A stretch of 64,000 nt of DNA from Mobula hypostoma (Eukaryota). The position numbers and the translations under genes are program-made. The DNA lies in the NCBI RefSeq assembly GCF_963921235.1, contig NC_086097.1, positions 171,308,001 to 171,372,000 on the forward strand. Direction: 5' to 3'. How positions within the stretch are numbered: position 1 is the first letter of the stretch; each line of letters opens with the position of its first letter. Under the pieces are notes generated by a model. The model searched no databases. It was given only the letters and a program-made list of their open reading frames with translations, and had not been told where the DNA came from. This document shows positions 12,776-25,682 of this stretch, piece after piece.

Positions 12776-14384
12776 CCTTCCTTCCTTCTAACACAGAAGT
12801 GAAAATGAGAACTGATCTGAATTTCAGAACTGAAAGTACATTATACATGAAAAGAGAGAATTTAAGAGACTATCAGTGCAATCAATTTGAAGATAATCTG
12901 GAACCAAATGTAGCATCTTGAACTTGTTCCTGTGCTACACCATTCTATGTTCACTGGTTAGTAAGCACCTTGGGTCCATTTCTGGTCATTTGGAAGTAAC
13001 AGTATTCTGCAATGACAACATATCATAAGGGAGAGTTTAACTACTACCTTCAACATTCAATTGCTGATGCTCCACTGTAAGTATTCTGGAGGTCACCGAC
13101 AACCAGAAGATCAAATGGACCAGTCCCATGAATCCACAGCAGCAGGTCACAAGCTGGCTATCCTGTAAGGAATGACTCCTTTCCTGACACCACAACATCA
13201 TGGAGGCGAGATTATCAAGATTGGGGCCGAGAAGAAAATTGAATCAGCCATGATGAAAAGGCAGAGCAGACTCAATGGATCAAATGGCCTAATTCTGCTC
13301 CTATATTTTATGGTCTTGTGGTCTTACGGAGAGGTTTAAGGGAAACATGAAGGTAAACTTCTTCACTCAGGGTTGTGAGAGTGTGGAACGAGCTGGCAGT
13401 GCAAGTGGAGCATACAAGCTTCATTTCAAACTTTAAGAGAAGTTAGGTTAAGTACATGGATGGTAGGGGTCCAGAGGGTAATGGTCCGGGTGTAGGTTGA
13501 TGGGAGTAGGCAGTTTAAATGGTTTGGCACAAACTAGATCGACTGAAGGGTTTGTTTCTGTACAGTACTTTTCTATGACTCTGATCTCACCCAGCTACCT
13601 CCTTCAAAACCCTGGGGTGTAGTCCATCTTGGGTTAGACTGAATAACAGCTGCAGAGAAAGTGCACTGCAGATAAACAACAAAATGCAGATCATAACAAG
13701 GTAGATTGGGAGGTCAAGAGTCCAAGTTATCGCACTGGGGGACAATTTGCTAGTTTTAATTGTGGGGTTGAAGTTGTACTGGTGGTAAGTGCTTTCAAGC
13801 TTTTGAAGCCTGGGGCAGATCAGCCATGAACGTGTTGACTGGTGGGACATACCTGAGAGCCAGTTGTTCTCACTAATGCCCCTATTTTCTAATGTTCTTC
13901 GCTCTCTTTTTCTCTGCATTTAGGTGCTGTCCTTCCTGCAGAATATTTCGAGTTTTATTTTTACTGCAGAAATTCTGAATTTTTTTTGGCTTCTTTAGGA
14001 ATAACAGTGAGTGAAGTCCCATTGGCACAAGAACTGGTTGAATTCTTGGAACACAGAGCACAGAACAGAACACAAGAGTACCGCAAAGGAATAGGCCCTT
14101 TGGCCCAGAATATTATATCATGTTAATTAAGTTAATGATGTCTAATTACATGAATCCCTTCTGCCACCACATAGTTCCTATCCCTCTATTCTCAGCACAT
14201 GGTTCCTATCCCTCCATTCTCAGCACATTCATGGGCTTATCTAGGAGCCTCTTAAAACAACTATCATAATTACCTCCACCACCACTCCTGGTGATGTCTT
14301 CCAGGCACATATTACTCTCTGTGCAAGAAAACATGCCCTCTACTTCTCCCTTGGACGTTGCCCTCTCACTTTAAGTGCGAAGAA

Positions 14385-15320
14385 AATATCACTAGCCTTC
14401 GTGTCCAGCACATAATTCTTCGTAACGTATGCCATCTCCAACAGAACCCCTCCACCAAACACATCTTTCCCTCCCCCTCATTTTCCACTGGCATCGCTCC
14501 CTATGCAACTCCCTTCTACATTCGTCCCTCCCCACTGATCTCCCTCTGGCACTTGTCCTTGCAAGCAGAACAAGTGCCACACCTTCCCCTGCACCTCTGC
14601 CCTCACTGTCATTCAGGGCCCCCTATCGTCTTTCCACGTGAGGTGACACTTCACCTGTGAGTCTTTTGGTTCATCTACAATATCTGGTGAGGGCTTTTGT
14701 ACATCAGTGAGACCCGACGTAGATTGGGAAACCGTTTCGCCGAGCACCTACGCTCAATCCCTCTGGAAAAAAAACAAGATCTCCCGATGGCTACTTCCCA
14801 TTCCAACATGTCAGATTAAAGGCCTCCTCTACTGCCACGATGAGGCCACACTCAGGTTGGAGGAGCAACACTTGTATTTCGTCTGGGTAGCCTCCAACCT
14901 GATGGTATGAACATCAATTTCTCGAAATTCCAGAAATGCCTCTCCCACCCCCCTTCACCATTCCCCATTACTCATTTCCCTCGCTCAACCTACCTTCCCA
15001 TCACCTCCCTCAAATGCTCCTCCTCCTTCCCTTTCTTCCATGGCCTTCTGTCCTCTCCTTTCAGATTTTCCCTTCTCCAGCCTTTTATCTCTTTCACCAA
15101 TCAACTTCAGCTCTTTACTTCATCCCCCCCCTCAGTTCCACCTATCACCTACTACCTTGTATGTCTTCCTCCCCTCCCACCACCTTCTTACTCTGACTTC
15201 TCATCTTTTTTTTTCTCCGATCCTGATGAAGGGTCTTAGCCTGAAATACCGGCTGCTTAATCTTTTCTGTAGATGTTGCCTGGCCGGCTGAATCCCTCCA
15301 GCATGTAGTGTGTATTGCTG
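14385..15320 (+). mobile_element. Penelope-like element 3' part (GIY-YIG endonuclease remnant and terminal repeat)
   Basis: YISETRRRLGNRFAEHLRS GIY-YIG motif at about 14700-14757; pyrimidine-rich UTR; ctgatgaagggtcttagcctgaaa tail. Confidence 0.85.
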
Positions 15321-15737
15321 AGAATATATCAGCTGTCTGCTGTATCTCTGCCTCTCATCAATTTATAAACTGCTGTCATTTCTCTGCTTAACCTCTGCTG
15401 CTTCAGTGAAAGCAACTAAGTTTGTCCAATCTCTTATACAGTTGCCCTTGAATCCAGGCAGCATCCTGATGAACCTCTCCCGCACTTCTCCAAGGCCTCC
15501 ACATCTTTCCTCTAATAGAACAATCAGAATTGAATGCAATATTCTGGATGCAGCCTAACCAGAGCCTTTTAAATCTGCAACTTAACTTCCTGACTCAATG
15601 CTTCAACCAAGTAAGACAATAATTGGGCAAATTCTGTGTCCTAAAATATGCACTAATTGCCAACTAATTGAGTTTTGCAGAATTTTGAGTGATGGCGGGA
15701 GCAGGCAGGAATATAGAAAGAAGTCATGGATTAACCA

Positions 15738-15945
15738 TGCAACACACACAAAATGCTGGAGGAGTTCAGGGCAGGCCAGGCAGCATCCATGGAAAAGAGT
15801 ACAGTTGGTATTTTGGGCCACGTCCCTTCATCTGGTCCTGATGAGCCCCAATGAAGGGTCTTGCCCAAAGATATCACCTGTTTTCTCTTTTCCATAGATG
15901 TCGTCTAGCCTGTTGAGTTCCTCCAGCATTTCTGTGTGTTGCTTG
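15738..15945. repeat. Inverted pair of Penelope terminal repeats
   Basis: gcaacacacacaaaatgctggaggag ... ctccagcatttctgtgtgttgc arms that meet at degenerate ctgatga/gaagggtc motifs. Confidence 0.75.
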
Positions 15946-17557
15946 AACATATTGCTTTGGAAATGGTATAGCATATTATAAACATAGTTCAAAATAGTTA
16001 CTTTCTTTCTCAAGATCGTAGTTTTCCCCAAAAGGTCAAAAGTACATAATGTGAGGGAAAAACGTTTGGTGGAGGCAGCATCTGTGGAGGCAAAGGGATA
16101 GTCAGTGTTTCAGGTCAACATCCTGCATCAGGACAGGAGTGCAGATTTCAAATAGCCAACGTAGAGAGATGAGAGGGAGGGTTGAGATGAGAGCTCACAG
16201 GGAATAGGTGGTACCAGGTGGAAATGTAATGGTCATCCTTCAATAAGTTGCAATAAATTGTGGTGTAGATGTTTATTCTCAGTCCCCGGCACTCAGCAGG
16301 TTTTGTGGGGTCCAGCAATGGAGTGTGTCTCCCAGCTTTTTGTTTAGTTCCTTTCCTTCTCCATTAGGAATATGTGCACTCTATAATGGGTGCAAGTCAA
16401 ACAGATTGGAGGTTCCAGTCAATTATAATTACAATTACCAATGCTCTCAGCACCACTCCCCCACCTCAAATCCAACCGCCTACAATCTCACCTAAACCAT
16501 CAGCTGCATGCTCACCTTACAGAATTTCTGTGGGTTGAAGGAAAGTTGTCCATAATAATACATTCTGAATAATACAGTACCATCACAAACTGCTAAAAAG
16601 AAGGCTCAAGGTGTCCCCTCCAATGTACTGAGATTCTATCTGTCCAATCCTTCAGTAGTCTGACTTGATAAAGGATCTGAGAATCATTACCTTCTTTTGG
16701 GCCATGGAGTAGAGAGGTAATAATTTTCAAAGATTACTTTTGTATTAACTCCTTTCATATAGCCACCTAGTAAACTGCCTTTTCCAAAAGCAGCCTTCTA
16801 GAAAGCTCTTCAGAGCTACTAAAACAAAAACTTTGTGCCATCTTAAAAGTTTTGCCCCCGCAGGCAGTTAATCTGATCAACTATCCTAATTAGCCCCTCC
16901 CCCTCTATCTCTAATCCCCATCACTGCACTCAAAACCACATTTTATAACGTAGTTTACATTGTAAATACATGCTGATATTTATGTATTTATGCACATGTT
17001 ATTCCATATCCATACTTTAACCTCTAACCTTATTTTTTCTATCTTTCTTTATTCGTTATAATTGTTGACTGTTGATTTTTGTTGCATGTTGTGCCCTGAC
17101 CAACACACCAGGGCAATTTCCTAATACATGTAAATGCATGTGGTGAATAAAGTTGATTCTTGATCATTGATCCTTGGTCCTTGATTATTTTTAAATTATT
17201 TACATCAATTTTAGCAGTTTCTTAAAATTTCTTGACTATCAGAGATGTCTACAAACTATAAAAAAAAGAAAACTGATGAAGCTTCTCAGACTTGAAACAT
17301 CTCCTCTCACAACAGATTATGACTGACATGCTGAGAGTTTCTAGCATCTCAGGTTTTTATTATTAAGAAAGAAGTTCATATGTCTGACAAGAGGAAAAGC
17401 CCCCACTACTCCCACCCCCATCCCCAGACCCTGATCTCCACTCAATCCAACTTCAGCACTGCCTCCTTTCAAAGTTTCCCTGCTATCTGCGAATCAGATT
17501 TAATGTGACCATCATATGCCTTGAAATGTGTTATTTTGTGGCAGCAGTAAATTGTAA

Positions 17558-20500
17558 CAGAGGGATGGGAACCAGTGCAGAGAGACAGAGGGGTGTAAAG
17601 TGAGCATAGAAGCAAAAAGTACAAAGGAGAAAAGTAAAAGTGGCAGGCCGACAAATCCAGGGAAAGCATTAAAAAGGGCCACTTTTCAACATAATTGTAT
17701 AAGGGCTAAGAGAGTTGTAAAAGAGCGCCTGAAGGCTTTATGTGTCAATGCAAGGAGCATTCGTAATAAAGTGGATGAATTGAAAGTGCAGATTGTTATT
17801 AGTGATTATGATATAGTTGGGATCACAGAGACATGGCTCCAGGGTGACCAGGGATGGGAGCTCAACGTTCAAGGATATTCAATATTCAGGAGGGATAGAC
17901 ATGAAGGAAGGGGAGGTGGGGTGGCGTTGCTGGTTAAAGAAGAGATTAACGCAATAGAAAGGAAGGACATAAGCCGGGAAGATGTGGAATCGATATGGGT
18001 AGAGCTGCGTAACACTAAGGGCAGAAGACGCTGGTGGGAGTTGTGTACAGGCCACCTAACAGTAGTAGTGAGGTCGGAGATGGTATTAAACAGGAAATTA
18101 GAAATGTGTGCAATAAAGGAACAGCAGTTATAATGGGTGACTTCAATCTACATGTAGACTGGGTGAACCAAATTGGTAAAGGTGCTGAGGAAGAGGATTT
18201 CTTGGAATGTATGCGGGATGGTTTTTTGAACCAACATGTCGAGGAACCAACTAGAGAGCAGGCTATTCTGGACTGGGTTTTGAGCAATGAGGAAGGGTTA
18301 ATTAGCAATCTTGTCGTGAGAGGCCCCTTGGGTAAGAGTGACCATAATATGGTGGAATTCTTCATTAAGATGGAGAGTGAGATAGTTAATTCAGAAACAA
18401 AGGTTCTGAACTTAAAGAGGGGTAACTTTGAAGGTATGAGACGTGAATTAGCTAAGATAGACTGGCAAATGACACTTAAAGGATTGACGGTGGATATGCA
18501 ATGGCAAGCATTTAAAGGTTGCATGGATGAACTACAACAATTGTTCATCCCAGTTTGGCAAAAGAATAAATCAAGGAAGGTAGTGCACCCGTGGCTGACA
18601 AGAGAAATTAGGGATAGTATCAATTCCAAAGAAGTAGCATACAAATTAGCCAGAGAATGTGGCTCACCTGAGGACTGGGAGAAATTCAGAGTTCAGCAGA
18701 GGAGGACAAAGGGCTTAATTAGGAAGGGGAAAAAAGATTATGAGAGAAAACTGGCGGGGAACATAAAAACGGACTGTAAAAGCTTTTATAGATATGTAAA
18801 AAGGAAAAGACTGGTAAAGACAAATGTAGGTCCCCTGCAGACAGAAACAGGTGAATTGATTATGGGGAGCAAGGACATGGCAGACCAATTGAATAATTAC
18901 TTTGGTTCTGTCTTCACTAAGGAGGACATAAATAATCTTCCAGAAATAGTAAGGGACAGAGGGTCCAGTGAGATGGAGGAACTGAGTGAAATACATGTTA
19001 GTAGGGAAGTGGTGTTAGGTAAATTGAAGGGATTGAAGGCAGATAAATCCTCAGGGCCAGATGGTCTGCATCCTAGAGTGCTTAAGGAAGTAGCCCAAGA
19101 AATAGTGGATGCATTAGTGATAATTTTTCAAAACTCGTCAGATTCTGGACTAGTTCCTGAGGATTGGAGGGTGGCTAATGTAACTCCACTTTTTAAAAAA
19201 GGAGGGAGAGAGAAACCGGGGAATTATAGACCGGTTAGCCTAACGTCGGTGGTGGGGAAACTGCTGGAGTCAGCTGTCAAGGATGTGATAACAGCACATT
19301 TGGAAAGCGGTGAAATGATCGGACAATGTCAGCATGGATTTGTGAAAGGAAAATCATGTCTGACGAATCTCATAGAATTTTTTGAGGATCTAACTAGTAG
19401 AGTGGATAGGGGAGAACCAGTGGATGTGGTATATTTGGATTTTCAAAAAGCTTTTGACAAGGTCCCACACAGGAGATTAGTGTGCAAACTTAAAGCACAC
19501 GGTATTGGGGGTAAGGTATTGGTGTGGGTGGAGAATTGGTTAGCAGACAGGAAGCAAAGAGTGGGAATAAACGGGACCTTTTCAGAATGGCAGGCGGTGA
19601 CTAGTGGGGTACCGCAAGGCTCAGTGCTGGGACCCCAGTTGTTTACAATATATATTAATGACTTGGATGAGGGAATTAAATGCAGCATCTCCAAGTTTGC
19701 GGATGACACAAAGCTGGGTGGCAGTGTTAGCAGTGAGGAGGATGCTAAGAGGATGCAGGGTGACTTGGATAGGTTGGGTGAGTGGGCAAACTCATGGCAG
19801 ATGCAATTTAATGTGGATAAATGTGAAGTTATCCACTTTGGTGGCAAAAATAGGAAAACAGATTATTATCTGAATGGTGGCCGATTAGGAAAAGGGGAGG
19901 TGCAACGAGACCTGGGTGTCATTATACACCAGTTATTGAAAGTGGGCATGCAGGTACAGCAGGCGGTGAAAAAGGCAAATGGTATGCTGGCATTTATAGC
20001 GAGAGGATTCGAGTACAGGAGCAGGGAGTTACTACTGCAGTTGTACAAGGCCTTGGTGAGACCACACCTGGAGTATTGTGTGCAGTTTTGGTCCCCTAAT
20101 CTGAGGAAAGACATCTTTGCCATAGAGGGAGTACAAAGAAGGTTCACCAGATTGATTCCTGGGATGGCAGGACTTTCATATGAAGAAAGACTGGATGAAC
20201 TGGGCTTGTACTCATTGGAATTTAGAAGATTGAGGGGGGATCTGATTGAAACGTATAAGATCCTAAAGGGATTGGACAGGCTGGATGCAGGAAGATTGTT
20301 CCCGATGTTGGGGAAGTCCAGAACGAGGGATCACAGTTTGAGGATAGAGGGGAAGCCTTTTAGGACCGAGATTAGGAAAAACTTCTTCACACAGAGAGTG
20401 GTGAATCTGTGGAATTCTCTGCCACAGGAAACTGTTGAGGCCAGTTCATTGGCTATGTTTAAGAGGGAGTTAGATATGGCCCTTGTGGCTACAGGGGTCA

Positions 20501-20632
20501 GGGGGTATGGAGGGAAGGCTGGGGCGGGGTTCTGAGTTGGATGATCAGCCATGATCATAATAAATGGCGGTGCAGGCTCGAAGGGCCGAATGGCCTACTC
20601 CTGCACCTATTTTCTGTGTTTCTATGTTTCTA
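17558..20632 (+). mobile_element. Young CR1 LINE (end of ORF1, complete ORF2, 3'UTR), inserted in a Rex1-type tail
   Basis: Full APE+RT ORF2; (ttctatgt)n tail; probable tgtaa TSD at 17553-17557 and 20633-20637; host repeat resumes after the insertion. Confidence 0.93.
17600..20535 (+). pseudogene. CR1 ORF2 (AP endonuclease + reverse transcriptase) with one 1-bp frameshift at about 18020
   Basis: ORF 17600 gives CVNARSIRNK and GITETWL; ORF 18034-20535 gives MGDFN, SDH, YRPVSLTS, DFQKAFD, QGSVLGP, FADD; one extra G at 18019-18021 joins the two frames. Confidence 0.92.
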
Positions 20633-21408
20633 TGTAATACATAATAATAAAAACAACAAATTAAAAGAAGAAAAATCTATACAAAAATAAATTAAATAAG
20701 TAGTGCAAAAAGAGAGGGAAAATACTAAGGAAGTATTCATGGGTTTATTGTCCATTCAGAAATCTGATGTTGGAGGGGAAGAAGCTGTTCCTGAAATGTT
20801 GAGTGTGTGTATTCAGGTTCCTGTACCTCCTCCTTGATGGCAGCAATGAGAAGAGGGTATTTCCTATCTGATGAGAGTCCTTAATGACTGATGCTGCCTT
20901 TTTGGAGGGATCACCTTTTGAAGGTCTCCTGGATGCTCTGGAGACTAGTGTCTCTTCCTAGAGATGCTGCCTGGCCTGCTGCGTTCACCAGCAACTTTGA
21001 TGTGTGTTGCTTGAATTTCCAGCATCAGCAGAATTCCTCGTGTTTACTTCTGTACATAAGTTGTGTTATGAGTCTTGTCACTAAATGTACTGTATATATT
21101 CATCTTACATTTGTCCTCCCAAAGTGCAACATTTTGTACTTAAGTAGATGGATAGCAAAGGTCTGCACATATGTAAGATAAATGAATACAAATGGTAGGC
21201 ATCTTGGTTGGCATAAATGAGTTGGGCTGAAGGGCCCATTTCTATGCTGCAAAATTCTATGTATCTATAGTCACTGAAACCTTGCTCTGCGTTTTGCACA
21301 CTCTTCCCGAGTGTATGGATGGATCCACTCCAACATCTCTCCATATCTGCCCCAAGTAAGTGTGGGTGGGCATGGCCTTGACCAGTTATCCTAGGTGATG
21401 TGATGGAT

Positions 21409-22075
21409 AAGAAGGAGGAGGAGAAGATGGCGATGCAACGGCAGCATGCGCGGCCACCTCGGTGGTGATGTCTGTTATCTGTCAAGTAGGTGACCGCGCA
21501 CAATTCTGATTTGATGGAGACAGACGTGAGAGTACGGAGGAACATCTGGAAAACTTCTGAAATGCCAGCTTCACTGCCACTGCTACTATGTGGTAACCGG
21601 AATCTCCGGAGCAGAAGGCCCCAAAATCCTTGACTTTGCGTGTTTCAGCAGCCGGGGCGAGGTGGAAGGCACTCGGCAGAGGATGGTGCTCGGGAGGCTG
21701 GTTGAAAGCTCGAAGTTTTCGGACGGATGGACTCAGTGTCGGCTGCTTCCAAGGCATCGGCAAGTTGACGGTGCCTGGAGGTTTATGGCAGGGAGTTTCT
21801 CCCTTTTGCCGCCTGCTATCGGGGACTCAGGATTCGATCAACTTGGGGACTTTTGAGACTTTATTTACTGTGCCCATGTTTTGTTCTTCATCAAATTATG
21901 GCATTGCTTTACACTGCTGTAACTATATGTTATAATTATGTGGTTCTGTCAGTGTTAGTCTTTGGTTTGTCCTGTTTTCTGTGATATCACTCCGGAGAAA
22001 CATTGTATCATTTCTTAATGCATGTATGCATTTCTAAATGACAATAAAAGATGACTGAGTGTTCTCATAATCTAA
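21409..22075 (+). mobile_element. About 660-bp non-autonomous LINE-dependent retroelement, copy B
   Basis: Starts ggaggagaagatggcg; CpG-rich body; ends aataaaag...ataatcta; homologous to 12113-12775. Confidence 0.75.
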
Positions 22076-23329
22076 TAATTATAACCCATTCTGATCCCAG
22101 TTTCCCATATTTGGAAATATCTCCAACCACAATGCTATTGAGTAAATTTTTAAGAATGACTTCCTACATTCTGGGTAAGCTAGCTATTAATGGACATCAT
22201 TGATAAACAAGAGCTTAGAGTCTTGTTTCACCACAACTGCTGGTTGAAGAACAATTACTCAGCTTTTGTTAAAGAGGTCAGCTGTGCAACTGAAAAACGT
22301 GATTGAGCTGCTGATCTTTAAAGCTAATCTTTAAACTCAGAGAAGGCCTCAATTCAGACTGAAAAAAGAATGCAAATGTACACTTATTATGTCTGGGGGA
22401 TTAGTTGCAGTATCAGTGTTCACTATAAAATATAAAGATATGTCTCCCTTCAGGACAGGACTAACATAGGAAGAAGGGGAAATGTAAATTACTGTGCCAT
22501 ATAATAGCTCATACAGTCATCGAATCATAAAGTCATAGAGTACTACAGCACAAAAACAGCCCTTCTGTGCCATCCAGTCCATGACAACCCATTCTTCTGC
22601 CTAGTCCCATCAACCTGCACCCAGACCATATCACTCCAAACCCTTCCTATCTACATTCCTATCCAAACTTCTCTTAAATGTTACAATTGAGCCAATATTC
22701 ACCACTTCTTCTTGAAGCTCATTCCACACTCTACATCACCTTCTAAGTGAAGAGATACTATGGCATGGCTTGCAAGTGTTGGCACCGGAAGTATGCCACC
22801 ACATGTGGGCAGTCCCCGGCACATCCTCGGACTCTGCTGGCTATTGACACAAAAACAACAGGTTTCACTGTATGTTTCAATGTACATGTAAGAAATAAAG
22901 CTTATCTTTAATTTTAAGAAATTTCCCCACACATTCCCCTTAAAATTTTACTTTTTTACCCTAAACCTATGACCATCGGTCTCACCCAACCTGAGGAGAA
23001 AAATCCTGCATGCCTTTGCTCCATTTATATCACTCATAATTTTGTATACCTCTATAAATCTCTGCTAATTCTCCTGTGCTCCAGGGGAATGAAGTCCTAA
23101 CCAATTTAATCTTTCCCTATAACTCAAGTCCTGAAGTCCCAGCAACATCCTTGTAATTTATCTCTGCAGATTTTCGAGTTTATTGATATTTTTCTTATGA
23201 TAGATGACCAGATCTGTACACAATACTCTACATGACTTCACTAGTGTCCTGTCCAACTTCAACATAACATCCCAACTCCTCCACTCAATGACCTGAGCCA
23301 AGTCAACTGCTCTCTACAGAAAAGTATTG

Positions 23330-23460
23330 TCCTGTTATGCCTCACTTTTAGAAGAATGGAGTGAACTGAACTATTCACTGTTTGTGGGCTTTCTCAACCT
23401 CAGTGAAATGTTCAGTGCTCTCAACCAAAAGGGACTGAGAAGGATCATTGCAAAAGTGCC
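23330..23460 (+). mobile_element. Ancient RTE-clade RT fragment
   Basis: LEEWSELNYSLFVGFLNLSEMFSALNQKGL resembles the RTE motif EK..E.N..L...F.DL.KAFD.VN...L. Confidence 0.45.
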
Positions 23461-24258
23461 TCATGCCAAACTCCACTACCAGTCTATAAGTGCAGTTACC
23501 GTCGGGTTGGGGGTACGGAAGTCCGAAGTCCCAAATTCAAGAATAGGTACTTCCCTTAAATATTTGGTTCTTGGATAAGCACATTGATGAAAGAAAAATG
23601 GAGGGTTATAGATTTTGTTGGAAGGAAATTTAGATTGATCACGAAGTAAGTTAAAGGCCTTTATTGTGCTGTACTGTTCTATATTCTATAACGACATACA
23701 TACTAGTTTGTAACTAACCAGATCAGCAGAAACCCTTCCCACAGCATCTTGACTCAGAGGAGGCTCCAGACCTCTTCCTCAATGTACAGTAATTTCATAT
23801 CTCAATTTGAATGAACTTCTTGCTGGAGAGACAGATGCATAGAAGTAAAATGGAGGGCTATGTGGGAGGGAAGGGTTATATTGATCTTGGTATAGGTTAA
23901 GAGGTCGACACATCACTGTGTGCCAAAGGCCTGTACTGTACTGTTCTGTTCATATTCTATACTTAGCAGGGGTTTAGGATGATGTGGCTGAAACTGGTTT
24001 TCAAATGAGTTGGCAATAGAAATTTTGAAAAATCTGAACAAACACACTGGACAGCAAATTTTTTTGAAAGTGTTGTTTCCTCAGATTTTTTTTTTTGGTT
24101 CATGATAGACCGCTTGAAGCTGAGCACAAATGTAATTTCAGACTACTTGTATCACATAGGAATTTGGAGAAACAAATTAACTTGTATTGAATATAATGCA
24201 TTTCATTGCATAATGGTGCTGATGCCATTAATGGTGTAAAATTTCAACTAAGCTAAAA

Positions 24259-25135
24259 ATGTTCTGGCTAAAGAAATTTCTCTGTATCTCTGTTTTAAAT
24301 GGATGCCCCTCTATCCTGAGGCTGTGCCCTGTTGTCCTAGACTCCCCCACCATGGGAAACATCCTTTCCAAATCTACTCTGTCCAGGCCTTTCAACAGTC
24401 AAAAGGTTTCAGTGAGATATCCCCTTATCCTTCTAAATTCCAACAAGTACAGGCACAAAGCCATCAAACATTCCTCATACGATAACCCCTTCATTCCCGG
24501 AATCATCTTTGTGAACCTCCTCTGAACCCTTTCTGATACCAGCACATTTTTCTTTAGATGAGGAGCCCAGAACTGTTCACAATACTCAAAGTGAGGCCTC
24601 ACTAGTGTGTTATAAAGCCTCAGCATTACCTCCCTGCTCTTGTATTCCAGACCTCCTGAAATGAATGCCAACATTGCATTTGCCTTCCTCACCATCAACT
24701 CTACCTGCAAGCTAACCTTCAGGGTGTTCTGCACAAGGGTTCCCAATCCCGTTGCATCTCAGATTTTTGGATTTTCTCCTTGTTTAGAAAATTTATTTCT
24801 ACTACTAAAGTGAATGAACATGCATTTTCCAGTATTGTATCTTAGTTGCCATTCACCTAATCTGTCTATGTCCTTCTGCAGCCCACCTGTTTCCTGAACA
24901 CTTCCTGTCCCTCCACCAAGCTTCGTATCATCTGCAAAGTTGGCCACAAAACCATCAATTCCATCATCAAAATCACTGACATTTAACATAGAAAGAAGTT
25001 GTCCCAACACTGCCCCTTGTGGAACACAACTACTCACCAGCAGCCAGCTAGAAAAAGCTCCCTTGATTCTCACTCTTCACCTCCTGCCCTACCCAATGCT
25101 CTATTCATGCTAGTTTCTCTCTTGTAATACCATGG
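24259..25135 (-). mobile_element. CR1 ORF2 fragment
   Basis: VPQGAVLG, FADDTKLGG, LVRPHFEYC, RVQRRFTKMIPG on the minus strand. Confidence 0.88.
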
Positions 25136-25243
25136 GTTCTCCTTTCCCATCTAGCAGAAGATAGAAGAACTTGAAAACAAGCACAAGAGTTAAGGAAAAC
25201 TTCTAAACCATGGTTTTGACATTGAAACATGCAGTGAAATGTG

Positions 25244-25682
25244 TAAACACAAGGAAATCTGCAGATGCTGGAAATTTAAGCAACACACACAAAATGCTGG
25301 TGAATGCAGCAGCCCAGGCAGCATCTATAGGAAGAGGTACAGTCGACGCTTCAGGCCGAGACCCTTCGTCAGGACTAATTGGAAGAGAAGATTTAAAGTT
25401 CTTCAGCGTAGGCATCACTGGAAGAGGCTTCACAGTAGTTAATTTAAATACGCAACACGAGGAAATCTGCGGATGCTGGAAATTCAAGCAACGCACCCAA
25501 AATGCTGGTGGAATGCAGCAGGCCAGGCAGCATCTATAGGAAGAAGCACAGTCAACGTTTCAAGCCGAGACCCTTCGTCAGGACTAACAGTTAGTCCTGA
25601 CGGAGGGTCTCAGCCTGAAATGTTGACTGTGCTTCTTCCTATAGATGCTGCCTGGCTTGCTGCGTTCCACCAGCATTTTGAG
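25244..25682. mobile_element. Composite Penelope terminal-repeat insertion: two tandem minus copies plus one inverted plus copy
   Basis: Units start at 25245 and 25454 (period about 209 nt); 91-bp-arm hairpin 25498-25680 centred on 25589; TSD agtgaaatgtg at 25233-25243 and 25683-25693. Confidence 0.88.
25549..25585 (-). ncRNA. Minimal type I hammerhead ribozyme motif (PLE-associated)
   Basis: agtc-CTGACGA-agggtctcggctt-GAAAC-GTT-gactg: conserved core, stem I agtc/gact, stem II hairpin, palindromic ACGT stem III, GUH site. Confidence 0.7.

Noticed and set aside
13955..14050. Minus-strand SKNSTSSCANGTSLTVIPKEAKKNSEFLQ* as a possible terminal exon
   Set aside because: The acceptor would come from a CR1 tail, and no homology was recognised.
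18015..20558. Long minus-strand ORFs (209, 93, 134, 93 and 75 aa)
   Set aside because: These are antisense shadows of CR1 ORF2.
25244..25682. CRISPR-like repeat array
   Set aside because: The context is eukaryotic, the repeats are long PLE termini, and there are no spacers or cas genes.
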